From the human T2T-CHM13v2.0 reference genome, Homo sapiens: DNA of 64,000 bases. A program made the position numbers and the translations under genes. The DNA is taken from the NCBI RefSeq assembly GCF_009914755.1, contig NC_060925.1; one strand, written 5' to 3'. Under the pieces are notes generated by a model. It made no database searches, was not told the origin of the DNA, and saw only the letters and a list, made by a program, of their open reading frames with translations. The stretch's first letter is position 1; the number at the start of each line of letters is the position of its first letter. Shown one piece after another: positions 1-12,573 of the stretch.

Positions 1-20
1 TCTAGCAGAATAGGAAGAAA

Positions 21-37
21 TCCCGTTTCCAACGAAG
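21..37 (-). promoter_or_regulatory. CENP-B box (first of ~189, one per dimer; last at 63930-63946)
   Basis: TCCCGTTTCCAACGAAG is the reverse complement of CTTCGTTGGAAACGGGA, matching the canonical 17-bp box. B-dimer copies read ACCCG..., which keeps the essential nTTCGnnnnAnnCGGGn core. Confidence 0.97.
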
Positions 38-2569
38 GCCACAAGATGTCAGAATATCCACTTACAGACTTTACAAACAGAGTGTTTCCTAACTGCTCTA
101 TGAACAGAAAGGTTAAACTCTGTGAGTTGAACGAACACATCACAACGCAGTTTGTGGGAATGATTCTGTCTAGTTTTGAAACGAAGATATTTCCTTTTCT
201 GCCGTTGACCTTAAAGCGCTTGAAATCTACACTTGCAAATTGCACAAATAGAGTGTTTCAAATCTGCTCTGTCTAAGGGAACGTTCAGCTCTGTGAGTTG
301 AATGCACACAACACAAGGAAGTTACTGGGAATTCTTCTGTCTAGCCTTACATGAAAAAACCCGTTTCCAACGAAGGCCTCTAAGTGGTCAAAATATACAC
401 GTGCAGACTTTACAAACAGAGTGTTTCCAAACCGCTGAATGAAAAGAAAAGTTAAACTCTGAGAGTTGAACGCACACATCACGCAGCAGTTTCTGAGAAT
501 GATTCTGTCTAGTTTTTATACGAAGATATTTCCTTTTCTGCCTTTGGCCCCAAAGCGCTTGAAATCTCCACTTGCAAATTCCACAAAAACAGTGTTTCAA
601 ATCTGCTCTCTCTAAATGAAAGTTCAACTCTGTCAGTTGAATACACACAACACAAGGAAGTTACTGAGAATTCTTCTGTCTAGCATAATATGAAGAAATC
701 CCGTTTCCAACGAAGGCCTCAAAGGGGTCTCAATATCCACTTGCAGACTTTATAAACAGAGTGTTTACTAAGTGCTCTATGAAAAGAAAGGTTAAACTCT
801 GTGAGTTGAACACACACATCACAAAGGAGTTTCTGAGAATCATTCTGTCTAGTTTTTCTACGAAGATATTTCCTTTTCTACTATTGACCTGAAAGCGGCT
901 GGAATCTCCACTTGCAAATTCCACAAAAAGAGTGTTTCAAGTCTGCTATGTGTAAAGGATCGTTCAACTCTGTGAGTTGAATACACACAACACAAGGAAG
1001 TTACTGAGAATTCTTCTGTCTAGCAGAATATGAAGAAATCCCGTTTCCAACGAAGGCCTCAAAGAGGTCTGAATATCCACTTGCAGACTTTACAAACAGA
1101 GTGTTTCCTAACTGCTCTATGAAAAGAAAAGTTAAACTCTGTGAGTTGAACGCACACATCACAAAGGAGTTTCTGAGAATCGTTCTGTCTAGTTTCTATA
1201 GGAAGATATTTCCTATTCTACCATTGACCTCAAAGCGGCTGAAATCTCCACTTGCAAATTCCACAAAAAGAGTGTTTCAAGTCTGCTCTCTGTAAAGGAT
1301 CGTTCAACTCTGTGAGTTGAATACACACAACACAAGGAAGTTTCTGAGAAATATTCTGTCTAGCAGAATATGAAGAAATCCCGTTTCCAACGAAGGTCTC
1401 AAAGAGGTCTGAATATCCACTTGCAGACTTTACAAACAGAGTGTTTCCTAACTGCTCTATGAAAAGAAAGGTTAAACTCTGTGAGTTGAACGCACACATC
1501 ACAAAGGAGTTTATGAGAATCATTCTGTCTAGTTTCTATAAGAAGATACTTCCTATTCTACCATTGACCTGAAAGCGGCTGAAATCTCCACTTGCAAATT
1601 CGACAAAAAGAGTGTTTCAAGCCTGCTCTCTGTAAAGGATCCTTCAACTCTGTGAGTTGAATACACACAACACAAGGAAGTTACTGAGAATTCTTCTGTC
1701 TAGCATAATATGAAGAAATCCCGTTTCCAACGAAGGCCTCAAAGGGGTCTGAATATCCACTTGCAGACTTTATAAACAGAGTGTTTACTAACTGCTCTAT
1801 GAAAAGAAAGGTTAAACTCTGTGAGTTGAACACACACATCACAAAGGAGTTTCTGAGAATCATTCTGTCTAGTTTTTCTACGAAGATATTTCCTTTTCTA
1901 CTATTGACCTCAAAGCGGCTGAAATCTCCACTTGCAAATTCCACAAAAAGAGTGTTTCAAGTCTGCTCTGTGTAAAGGATCGTTCAACTCTGTGAGTTGA
2001 ATACACACAACACAAGGAAGTTACTGAGAATTATTCTGTCTAGCAGAATATGAAGAAATCCCGTTTCCAACGAAGGCCTCAAAGAGGTCTGAATATCCAC
2101 TTGCAGACTTTACAAACAGAGTGTTTCCTAACTGCTCTATGAAAAGAAAGGTTAAACTCTGTGAGTTGAACGCACACATCACAAAGGAGTTTCTGAGAAT
2201 CGTTCTGTCTAGTTTCTATAGGAAGATATTTCCTATTCTACCATTGACCTCAAAGCGGCTGAAATCTCCACTTGCAAATTCCACAAAAAGAATGTTTCAA
2301 GTCTGCTCTGTGTAAACGATCGTTCAACTCTGTGAGTTGAATACACACAACACAAGGAAGTTACTGAGAATTCTTCTGTCTAGCATAATATGAAGAAATC
2401 CCGTTTCCAACGAAGGCCTCAAAGAGGTCTGAATATCCACTTGCAGACTTTACAAACAGAGTGTTTCCTAACTGCTCTATGAAAAGAAAAGTTAAACTCT
2501 GTGATTTGAACGCACACATCACAAAGGAGTTTCTGAGAATCATTCTGTCTGGTCTTTATACGAAGATAT

Positions 2570-2586
2570 TTCCTTTTCTACCATTG
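2570..2586 (+). promoter_or_regulatory. pJalpha/A-box-like motif in the alternate monomer (representative copy)
   Basis: TTCCTTTTCTACCATTG sits at the position homologous to the CENP-B box in the non-box monomer and resembles the pJalpha consensus TTCCTTTTYCACCRTAG with 2 mismatches. Confidence 0.6.
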
Positions 2587-3739
2587 ACCTCAAAGCGGCT
2601 GAAATCTCCACTTGCAAATTCCACAAAAAGAGTGTTTCAAGTCTGCTCTGTGTAAAGGATCGTTCAACTCTGTGAGTTGAATACACACAACACAAGGAAG
2701 TTACTGAGAATTCTTCTGTCTAGCAGAATATGAAGAAATCCCGTTTCCAACGAAGGCCTCAAGGAGGTCTGAATATCCACTTGCAGACTTTACAAACAGA
2801 GTGTTTCCTAACTGCTCTATGAACAGAAAGGTTAAACTCTGTGAGTTGAACGCACACATCACAAAGGAGTTTCTGAGAATCATTCTGTCTAGTCTTTATA
2901 CGAAGATATTTACTTTTCTACCATTGACCTCAAAGCGGCTGAAATCTCCACTTGCAAATTCCACAAAAAGAGTGTTTCAAGTCTGCTCTGTGTAAAGGAT
3001 CATTCAACTCTGTGAGTTGAATAAACACAACACAAGGAAGTTACTGAGAATTCTTCTGTCTAGCAGAATATGAAGAAATCCCGTTTCCAACGAAGGCCTC
3101 AAGGAGGTCTGAATATCCACTTGCAGACTTTACAAACAGAGTGTTTCCTAACTGCTCTATGAACAGAAAGGTTAAACTCTGTGAGTTGAACGCACACATC
3201 ACAAAGGAGTTCATGAGAATCATTTTGTCTAGGTTCTGTAAGAAGATATTTCCTATTCTACCATTGACCTCAAAGCGGCTGAAATCTCCACTTGCAAATT
3301 CGACAAAAAGAGTGTTTCAAGCCTGCTCTCTGTAAAGGATCCTTCAACTCTGTGAGTTGAATACACACAACACAAGGAAGTTACTGAGAATTATTCTGTC
3401 TAGCATAATATGAAGAAATCCCGTTTCCAACGAAGGCCTCAAAGAGGTCTGAATATCCACTTGCACACTTTACAAACAGAGTGTTTCCTAACTGCTCTAT
3501 GAGAAGAAAAGTTAAACTCTGTGAGTTGAACGCACACATCACAAAAGATTTTCTGAGAATCATTCTGTCTAGTCTTTATATGAAGATCGTTTCCTTTTCT
3601 ACCATTGACCTCTAAGCGGCTGAAATCTCCACTTGCAAATTCCACAAAAAGAGTGTTTCAAGTCTGCTCTGTGTAAAGGATCGTTCAACTCTGTGAGTTG
3701 AATACACACAACACAAGGAAGTTACTGAGAATTCTTCTG

Positions 3740-6459
3740 TCTAGCAGAATATGAAGAAATCCCGTTTCCAACGAAGGCCACAAGATGTCAGAATATCCAC
3801 TTACAGACTTTACAAACAGAGTGTTTCCTAACTGCTCTATGAACAGAAAGGTTAAACTCTGTGAGTTGAACGAACACATCACAACGCAGTTTGTGGGAAT
3901 GATTCTGTCTAGTTTTGAAACGAAGATATTTCCTTTTCTGCCGTTGACCTTAAAGCGCTTGAAATCTACACTTGCAAATTGCACAAATAGAGTGTTTCAA
4001 ATCTGCTCTGTCTAAGGGAACGTTCAACTCTGTGAGTTGAATGCACACAACACAAGGAAGTTACTGGGAATTCTTCTGTCTAGCCTTACATGAAAAAAAC
4101 CCGTTTCCAACGAAGGCCTCTAAGTGGTCAAAATTTCCACGTGCAGACTTTACAAACAGAGTGTTTCCAAACCGCTGAATGAAAAGAAAAGTTAAACTCT
4201 GAGAGTTGAACGCACACATCACGCAGCAGTTTCTGAGAATGATTCTGTCTAGTTTTTATACGAAGATATTTCCTTTTCTGCCTTTGGCCCCAAAGCGCTT
4301 GAAATCTCCACTTGCAAATTCCACAAAAACAGTGTTTCAAATCTGCTCTCTCTAAATGAAAGTTCAACTCTGTCAGTTGAATACACACAACACAAGGAAG
4401 TTACTGAGAATTCTTCTGTCTAGCATAATATGAAGAAATCCCGTTTCCAACGAAGGCCTCAAAGGGGTCTGAATATCCACTTGCAGACTTTATAAACAGA
4501 GTGTTTACTAACTGCTCTATGAAAAGAAAGGTTAAACTCTGTGAGTTGAACACACACATCACAAAGGAGTTTCTGAGAATCATTCTGTCTAGTTTTTCTA
4601 CGAAGATATTTCCTTTTCTACTATTGACCTCAAAGCGGCTGAAATCTCCACTTGCAAATTCCACAAAAAGAGTGTTTCAAGTCTGCTCTGTGTAAAGGAT
4701 CGTTCAACTCTGTGAGTTGAATACACACAACACAAGGAAGTTACTGAGAATTATTCTGTCTAGCAGAATATGAAGAAATCCCGTTTCCAACGAAGGCCTC
4801 AAAGAGGTCTGAATATCCACTTGCAGACTTTACAAACAGAGTGTTTCCTAACTGCTCTATGAAAAGAAAGGTTAAACTCTGTGAGTTGAACGCACACATC
4901 ACAAAGGAGTTTCTGAGAATCGTTCTGTCTAGTTTCTATAGGAAGATATTTCCTATTCTACCATTGACCTCAAAGCGGCTGAAATCTCCACTTGCAAATT
5001 CCACAAAAAGAATGTTTCAAGTCTGCTCTGTGTAAACGATCGTTCAACTCTGTGAGTTGAATACACACAACACAAGGAAGTTACTGAGAATTCTTCTGTC
5101 TAGCATAATATGAAGAAATCCCGTTTCCAACGAAGGCCTCAAAGAGGTCTGAATATCCACTTGCAGACTTTACAAACAGAGTGTTTCCTAACTGCTCTAT
5201 GAAAAGAAAAGTTAAACTCTGTGATTTGAACGCACACATCACAAAGGAGTTTCTGAGAATCATTCTGTCTGGTCTTTATACGAAGATATTTCCTTTTCTA
5301 CCATTGACCTCAAAGCGGCTGAAATCTCCACTTGCAAATTCCACAAAAAGAGTGTTTCAAGTCTGCTCTGTGTAAAGGATCGTTCAACTCTGTGAGTTGA
5401 ATACACACAACACAAGGAAGTTACTGAGAATTCTTCTGTCTAGCAGAATATGAAGAAATCCCGTTTCCAACGAAGGCCTCAAGGAGGTCTGAATATCCAC
5501 TTGCAGACTTTACAAACAGAGTGTTTCCTAACTGCTCTATGAACAGAAAGGTTAAACTCTGTGAGTTGAACGCACACATCACAAAGGAGTTTCTGAGAAT
5601 CATTCTGTCTAGTCTTTATACGAAGATATTTACTTTTCTACCATTGACCTCAAAGCGGCTGAAATCTCCACTTGCAAATTCCACAAAAAGAGTGTTTCAA
5701 GTCTGCTCTGTGTAAAGGATCATTCAACTCTGTGAGTTGAATAAACACAACACAAGGAAGTTACTGAGAATTCTTCTGTCTAGCAGAATATGAAGAAATC
5801 CCGTTTCCAACGAAGGCCTCAAGGAGGTCTGAATATCCACTTGCAGACTTTACAAACAGAGTGTTTCCTAACTGCTCTATGAACAGAAAGGTTAAACTCT
5901 GTGAGTTGAACGCACACATCACAAAGGAGTTCATGAGAATCATTTTGTCTAGGTTCTGTAAGAAGATATTTCCTATTCTACCATTGACCTCAAAGCGGCT
6001 GAAATCTCCACTTGCAAATTCGACAAAAAGAGTGTTTCAAGCCTGCTCTCTGTAAAGGATCCTTCAACTCTGTGAGTTGAATACACACAACACTAGGAAG
6101 TTACTGAGAATTATTCTGTCTAGCATAATATGAAGAAATCCCGTTTCCAACGAAGGCCTCAAAGAGGTCTGAATATCCACTTGCACACTTTACAAACAGA
6201 GTGTTTCCTAACTGCTCTATGAGAAGAAAAGTTAAACTCTGTGAGTTGAACGCACACATCACAAAAGATTTTCTGAGAATCATTCTGTCTAGTCTTTATA
6301 TGAAGATAGTTTCCTTTTCTACCATTGACCTCTAAGCGGCTGAAATCTCCACTTGCAAATTCCACAAAAAGAGTGTTTCAAGTCTGCTCTGTGTAAAGGA
6401 TCGTTCAACTCTGTGAGTTGAATACACACAACACAAGGAAGTTACTGAGAATTCTTCTG
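3740..6459 (-). repeat. HOR copy 2, canonical 16-mer
   Basis: Marker spacing 2720 bp; dimers A-H in order. Confidence 0.92.
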
Positions 6460-8499
6460 TCTAGCAGAATATGAAGAAATCCCGTTTCCAACGAAGGCCA
6501 CAAGATGTCAGAATATCCACTTACAGACTTTACAAACAGAGTGTTTCCTAACTGCTCTATGAACAGAAAGGTTAAACTCTGTGAGTTGAACGAACACATC
6601 ACAACGCAGTTTGTGGGAATGATTCTGTCTAGTTTTGAAACGAAGATATTTCCTTTTCTGCCGTTGACCTTAAAGAGCTTGAAATCTACACTTGCAAATT
6701 GCACAAATAGAGTGTTTCAAATCTGCTCTGTCTAAGGGAACGTTCAACTCTGTGAGTTGAATGCACACAACACAAGGAAGTTACTGGGAATTCTTCTGTC
6801 TAGCCTTACATGAAAAAAACCCGTTTCCAACGAAGGCCTCTAAGTGGTCAAAATTTCCACGTGCAGACTTTACAAACAGAGTGTTTCCAAACCGCTGAAT
6901 GAAAAGAAAAGTTAAACTCTGAGAGTTGAACGCACACATCACGCAGCAGTTTCTGAGAATGATTCTGTCTAGTTTTTATACGAAGATATTTCCTTTTCTG
7001 CCTTTGGCCCCAAAGCGCTTGAAATCTCCACTTGCAAATTCCACAAAAACAGTGTTTCAAATCTGCTCTCTCTAAATGAAAGTTCAACTCTGTCAGTTGA
7101 ATACACACAACACAAGGAAGTTACTGAGAATTCTTCTGTCTAGCATAATATGAAGAAATCCCGTTTCCAACGAAGGCCTCAAAGGGGTCTGAATATCCAC
7201 TTGCAGACTTTATAAACAGAGTGTTTACTAACTGCTCTATGAAAAGAAAGGTTAAACTCTGTGAGTTGAACACACACATCACAAAGGAGTTTCTGAGAAT
7301 CATTCTGTCTAGTTTTTCTACGAAGATATTTCCTTTTCTACTATTGACCTCAAAGCGGCTGAAATCTCCACTTGCAAATTCGACAAAAAGAGTGTTTCAA
7401 GCCTGCTCTCTGTAAAGGATCCTTCAACTCTGTGAGTTGAATACACACAACACAAGGAAGTTACTGAGAATTATTCTGTCTAGCATAATATGAAGAAATC
7501 CCGTTTCCAACGAAGGCCTCAAAGAGGTCTGAATATCCACTTGCAGACTTTACAAACAGAGTGTTTCCTAACTGCTCTATGAACAGAAAGGTTAAACTCT
7601 GTGAGTTGAACGCACACATCACAAAGGAGTTTATGAGAATCATTCTGTCTAGTTTCTATAGGAAGATATTTCCTATTCTACCATTGACCTCAAAGCGGCT
7701 GAAATCTCCACTTGCAAATTCCACAAAAAGAGTGTTTCAAGTCTGCTCTCTGTAAAGGATCGTTCAACTCTGTGAGTTGAATACACACAACACAAGGAAG
7801 TTTCTGAGAAATATTCTGTCTAGCAGAATATGAAGAAATCCCGTTTCCAACGAAGGTCTCAAAGAGGTCTGAATATCCACTTGCAGACTTTACAAACAGA
7901 GTGTTTCCTAACTGCTCTATGAAAAGAAAGGTTAAACTCTGTGAGTTGAACGCACACATCACAAAGGAGTTTATGAGAATCATTCTGTCTAGTTTCTATA
8001 AGAAGATACTTCCTATTCTACCATTGACCTGAAAGCGGCTGAAATCTCCACTTGCAAATTCGACAAAAAGAGTGTTTCAAGCCTGCTCTCTGTAAAGGAT
8101 CCTTCAACTCTGTGAGTTGAATACACACAACACAAGGAAGTTACTGAGAATTATTCTGTCTAGCATAATATGAAGAAATCCCGTTTCCAACGAAGGCCTC
8201 AAAGAGGTCTGAATATCCACTTGCAGACTTTACAAACAGAGTGTTTCCTAACTGCTCTATGAGAAGAAAAGTTAAACTCTGTGAGTTGAACGCACACATC
8301 ACAAAAGATTTTCTGAGAATCATTCTGTCTAGTCTTTATATGAAGATAGTTTCCTTTTCTACCATTGACCTCAAAGCGGCTGAAATCTCCACTTGCAAAT
8401 TCCACAAAAAGAGTGTTTCAAGTCTGCTCTGTGTAAAGGATCGTTCAACTCTGTGAGTTGAATACACACAACACAAGGAAGTTACTGAGAATTCTTCTG
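6460..8499 (-). repeat. HOR copy 3, 12-mer with hybrid dimers
   Basis: Spacing 2040 bp; C/G hybrid near 7380. Confidence 0.85.
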
Positions 8500-9858
8500 T
8501 CTAGCAGAATAGGAAGAAATCCCGTTTCCAACGAAGGCCACAAGATGTCAGAATATCCACTTACAGACTTTACAAACAGAGTGTTTCCTAACTGCTCTAT
8601 GAACAGAAAGGTTAAACTCTGTGAGTTGAACGAACACATCACAACGCAGTTTGTGGGAATGATTCTGTCTAGTTTTGAAACGAAGATATTTCCTTTTCTG
8701 CCGTTGACCTTAAAGCGCTTGAAATCTACACTTGCAAATTGCACAAATAGAGTGTTTCAAATCTGCTCTGTCTAAGGGAACGTTCAGCTCTGTGAGTTGA
8801 ATGCACACAACACAAGGAAGTTACTGGGAATTCTTCTGTCTAGCCTTACATGAAAAAACCCGTTTCCAACGAAGGCCTCTAAGTGGTCAAAATATACACG
8901 TGCAGACTTTACAAACAGAGTGTTTCCAAACCGCTGAATGAAAAGAAAAGTTAAACTCTGAGAGTTGAACGCACACATCACGCAGCAGTTTCTGAGAATG
9001 ATTCTGTCTAGTTTTTATACGAAGATATTTCCTTTTCTGCCTTTGGCCCCAAAGCGCTTGAAATCTCCACTTGCAAATTCCACAAAAACAGTGTTTCAAA
9101 TCTGCTCTCTCTAAATGAAAGTTCAACTCTGTCAGTTGAATACACACAACACAAGGAAGTTACTGAGAATTCTTCTGTCTAGCATAATATGAAGAAATCC
9201 CGTTTCCAACGAAGGCCTCAAAGGGGTCTGAATATCCACTTGCAGACTTTATAAACAGAGTGTTTACTAACTGCTCTATGAAAAGAAAGGTTAAACTCTG
9301 TGAGTTGAACACACACATCACAAAGGAGTTTCTGAGAATCATTCTGTCTAGTTTTTTTACGAAGATATTTCCTTTTCTACTATTGACCTGAAAGCGGCTG
9401 AAATCTCCACTTGCAAATTCCACAAAAAGAGTGTTTCAAGTCTGCTATGTGTAAAGGATCGTTCAACTCTGTGAGTTGAATACACACAACACAAGGAAGT
9501 TACTGAGAATTCTTCTGTCTAGCAGAATATGAAGAAATCCCGTTTCCAACGAAGGCCTCAAAGAGGTCTGAATATCCACTTGCAGACTTTACAAACAGAG
9601 TGTTTCCTAACTGCTCTATGAAAAGAAAAGTTAAACTCTGTGAGTTGAACGCACACATCACAAAGGAGTTTCTGAGAATCATTCTGTCTAGTCTTTATAT
9701 GAAGATAGTTTCCTTTTCTACCATTGACCTCAAAGCGGCTGAAATCTCCACTTGCAAATTCCACAAAAAGAGTGTTTCAAGTCTGCTCTGTGTAAAGGAT
9801 CGTTCAACTCTGTGAGTTGAATACACACAACACAAGGAAGTTACTGAGAATTCTTCTG
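8500..9858 (-). repeat. HOR copy 4, 8-mer (A B C D/H)
   Basis: Spacing 1359 bp; the fourth dimer switches to H type near 9690. Confidence 0.88.
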
Positions 9859-12573
9859 TCTAGCAGAATAGGAAGAAATCCCGTTTCCAACGAAGGCCAC
9901 AAGATGTCAGAATATCCACTTACAGACTTTACAAACAGAGTGTTTCCTAACTGCTCTATGAACAGAAAGGTTAAACTCTGTGAGTTGAACGAACACATCA
10001 CAACGCAGTTTGTGGGAATGATTCTGTCTAGTTTTGAAACGAAGATATTTCCTTTTCTGCCGTTGACCTTAAAGCGCTTGAAATCTACACTTGCAAATTG
10101 CACAAATAGAGTGTTTCAAATCTGCTCTGTCTAAGGGAACGTTCAGCTCTGTGAGTTGAATGCACACAACACAAGGAAGTTACTGGGAATTCTTCTGTCT
10201 AGCCTTACATGAAAAAACCCGTTTCCAACGAAGGCCTCTAAGTGGTCAAAATATACACGTGCAGACTTTACAAACAGAGTGTTTCCAAACCGCTGAATGA
10301 AAAGAAAAGTTAAACTCTGAGAGTTGAACGCACACATCACGCAGCAGTTTCTGAGAATGATTCTGTCTAGTTTTTATACGAAGATATTTCCTTTTCTGCC
10401 TTTGGCCCCAAAGCGCTTGAAATCTCCACTTGCAAATTCCACAAAAACAGTGTTTCAAATCTGCTCTCTCTAAATGAAAGTTCAACTCTGTCAGTTGAAT
10501 ACACACAACACAAGGAAGTTACTGAGAATTCTTCTGTCTAGCATAATATGAAGAAATCCCGTTTCCAACGAAGGCCTCAAAGGGGTCTGAATATCCACTT
10601 GCAGACTTTATAAACAGAGTGTTTACTAACTGCTCTATGAAAAGAAAGGTTAAACTCTGTGAGTTGAACACACACATCACAAAGGAGTTTCTGAGAATCA
10701 TTCTGTCTAGTTTTTCTACGAAGATATTTCCTTTTCTACTATTGACCTCAAAGCGGCTGAAATCTCCACTTGCAAATTCCACAAAAAGAGTGTTTCAAGT
10801 CTGCTCTGTGTAAAGGATCGTTCAACTCTGTGAGTTGAATACACACAACACAAGGAAGTTACTGAGAATTCTTCTGTCTAGCAGAAGAGGAAGAAATCCC
10901 GTTTCCAACGAAGGCCTCAAAGAGGTCTGAATATCCACTTGCAGACTTTACAAACAGAGTGTTTCCTAACTGCTCTATGAAAAGAAAAGTTAAACTCTGT
11001 GAGTTGAACGCACACATCACAAAGGAGTTTCTGAGAATCGTTCTGTCTAGTTTCTATAGGAAGATATTTCCTATTCTACCATTGACCTCAAAGCGGCTGA
11101 AATCTCCACTTGCAAATTCCACAAAAAGAATGTTTCAAGTCTGCTCTGTGTAAAGGATCGTTCAACTCTGTGAGTTGAATACACACAACACAAGGAAGTT
11201 ACTGAGAATTATTCTGTCTAGCATAATATGAAGAAATCCCGTTTCCAACGAAGGCCCCAAAGAGGTCTGAATATCCACTTGCAGACTTTACAGAGTGTTT
11301 CCTAACTGCTCTATGAAAAGAAAAGTTAAACTCTGTGAGTTGAACGCACACATCACAAAGGAGTTTATGAGAATCATTCTGTCTAGTCTTTATACGAAGA
11401 TATTTCCTTTTCTACCATTGACCTCAAAGCGGCTGAAATCTCCACTTTCAAATTCCACAAAAAGAGTGTTTCAAGTCTGCTCTGTGTAAAGGATCGTTCA
11501 ACTCTGTGAGTAGAATACACACAACACAAGGAAGTTACTGAGAATTCTTCTGTCTAGCAGAATATGAAGAAATCCCGTTTCCAACGAAGGCCTCAAGGAG
11601 GTCTGAATATCCACTTGCAGACTTTACAAACAGAGTGTTTCCTAACTGCTCTATGAACAGAAAGGTTAAACTCTGTGAGTTGAACGCACACATCACAAAG
11701 GAGTTTCTGAGAATCATTCTGTCTAGTCTTTATACGAAGATATTTACTTTTCTACCATTGACCTCAAAGCGGCTGAAATCTCCACTTGCAAATTCCACAA
11801 AAAGAGTGTTTCAAGTCTGCTCTGTGTAAAGGATCATTCAACTCTGTGAGTTGAATAAACACAACACAAGGAAGTTACTGAGAATTCTTCTGTCTAGCAG
11901 AATATGAAGAAATACCGTTTCCAACGAAGGCCTCAAGGAGGTCGGAATATCCACTTGCAGACTTTACAAACAGAGTGTTTCCTAACTGCTCTATGAAAAG
12001 AAAGGTTAAACTCTGTGAGTTGAACGCACACATCACAAAGGAGTTCATGAGAATCATTCTGTCTAGTTTCTATAAGAAGATATTTCCTATTCTACCATTG
12101 ATCTCAAAGCGGCTGAAATCTCCACTTGCAAATTCGACAAAAAGAGTGTTTCAAGCCTGCTCTCTGTAAAGAATCCTTCAACTCTGTGAGTTGAATACAC
12201 ACAACACAAGGAAGTTACTGAGAATTATTCTGTCTAGCATAATATGAAGAAATCCCGTTTCCAACGAAGGCCTCAAAGAGGTCTGAATATCCACTTGCAG
12301 ACTTTACAAACAGAGTGTTTCCTAACTGCTCTATGAGAAGAAAAGTTAAACTCTGTGAGTTGAACGCACACATCACAAAAGATTTTCTGAGAATCATTCT
12401 GTCTAGTCTTTATATGAAGATAGTTTCCTTTTCTACCATTGACCTCAAAGCGGCTGAAATCTCCACTTGCAAATTCCACAAAAAGAGTGTTTCAAGTCTG
12501 CTCTGTGTAAAGGATCGTTCAACTCTGTGAGTTGAATACACACAACACAAGGAAGTTACTGAGAATTCTTCTG
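9859..12573 (-). repeat. HOR copy 5, 16-mer with 4-bp deletion
   Basis: Spacing 2715 bp. Confidence 0.9.

Larger units (their letters stand above)
1..3739 (-). repeat. HOR copy 1, 22-mer (A B C D X C D E F G H)
   Basis: A-dimer marker CCACAAGATGTCAG with ATG at 46, next at 3785 (3739 bp, 11 dimers). X is a G-like dimer with private SNVs. Confidence 0.85.

Noticed and set aside
351-362. A6 versus A7 run in B dimers as homopolymer sequencing error
   Set aside because: Run length mostly co-segregates with the AATAT/AATTT SNV ~35 bp away, so it behaves as a real haplotype marker.
2021-2040. Loss of the EcoRI site (GAATTA) in some dimers
   Set aside because: This is an ordinary diagnostic SNV that would yield the familiar 340/680-bp ladder; it is not novel.
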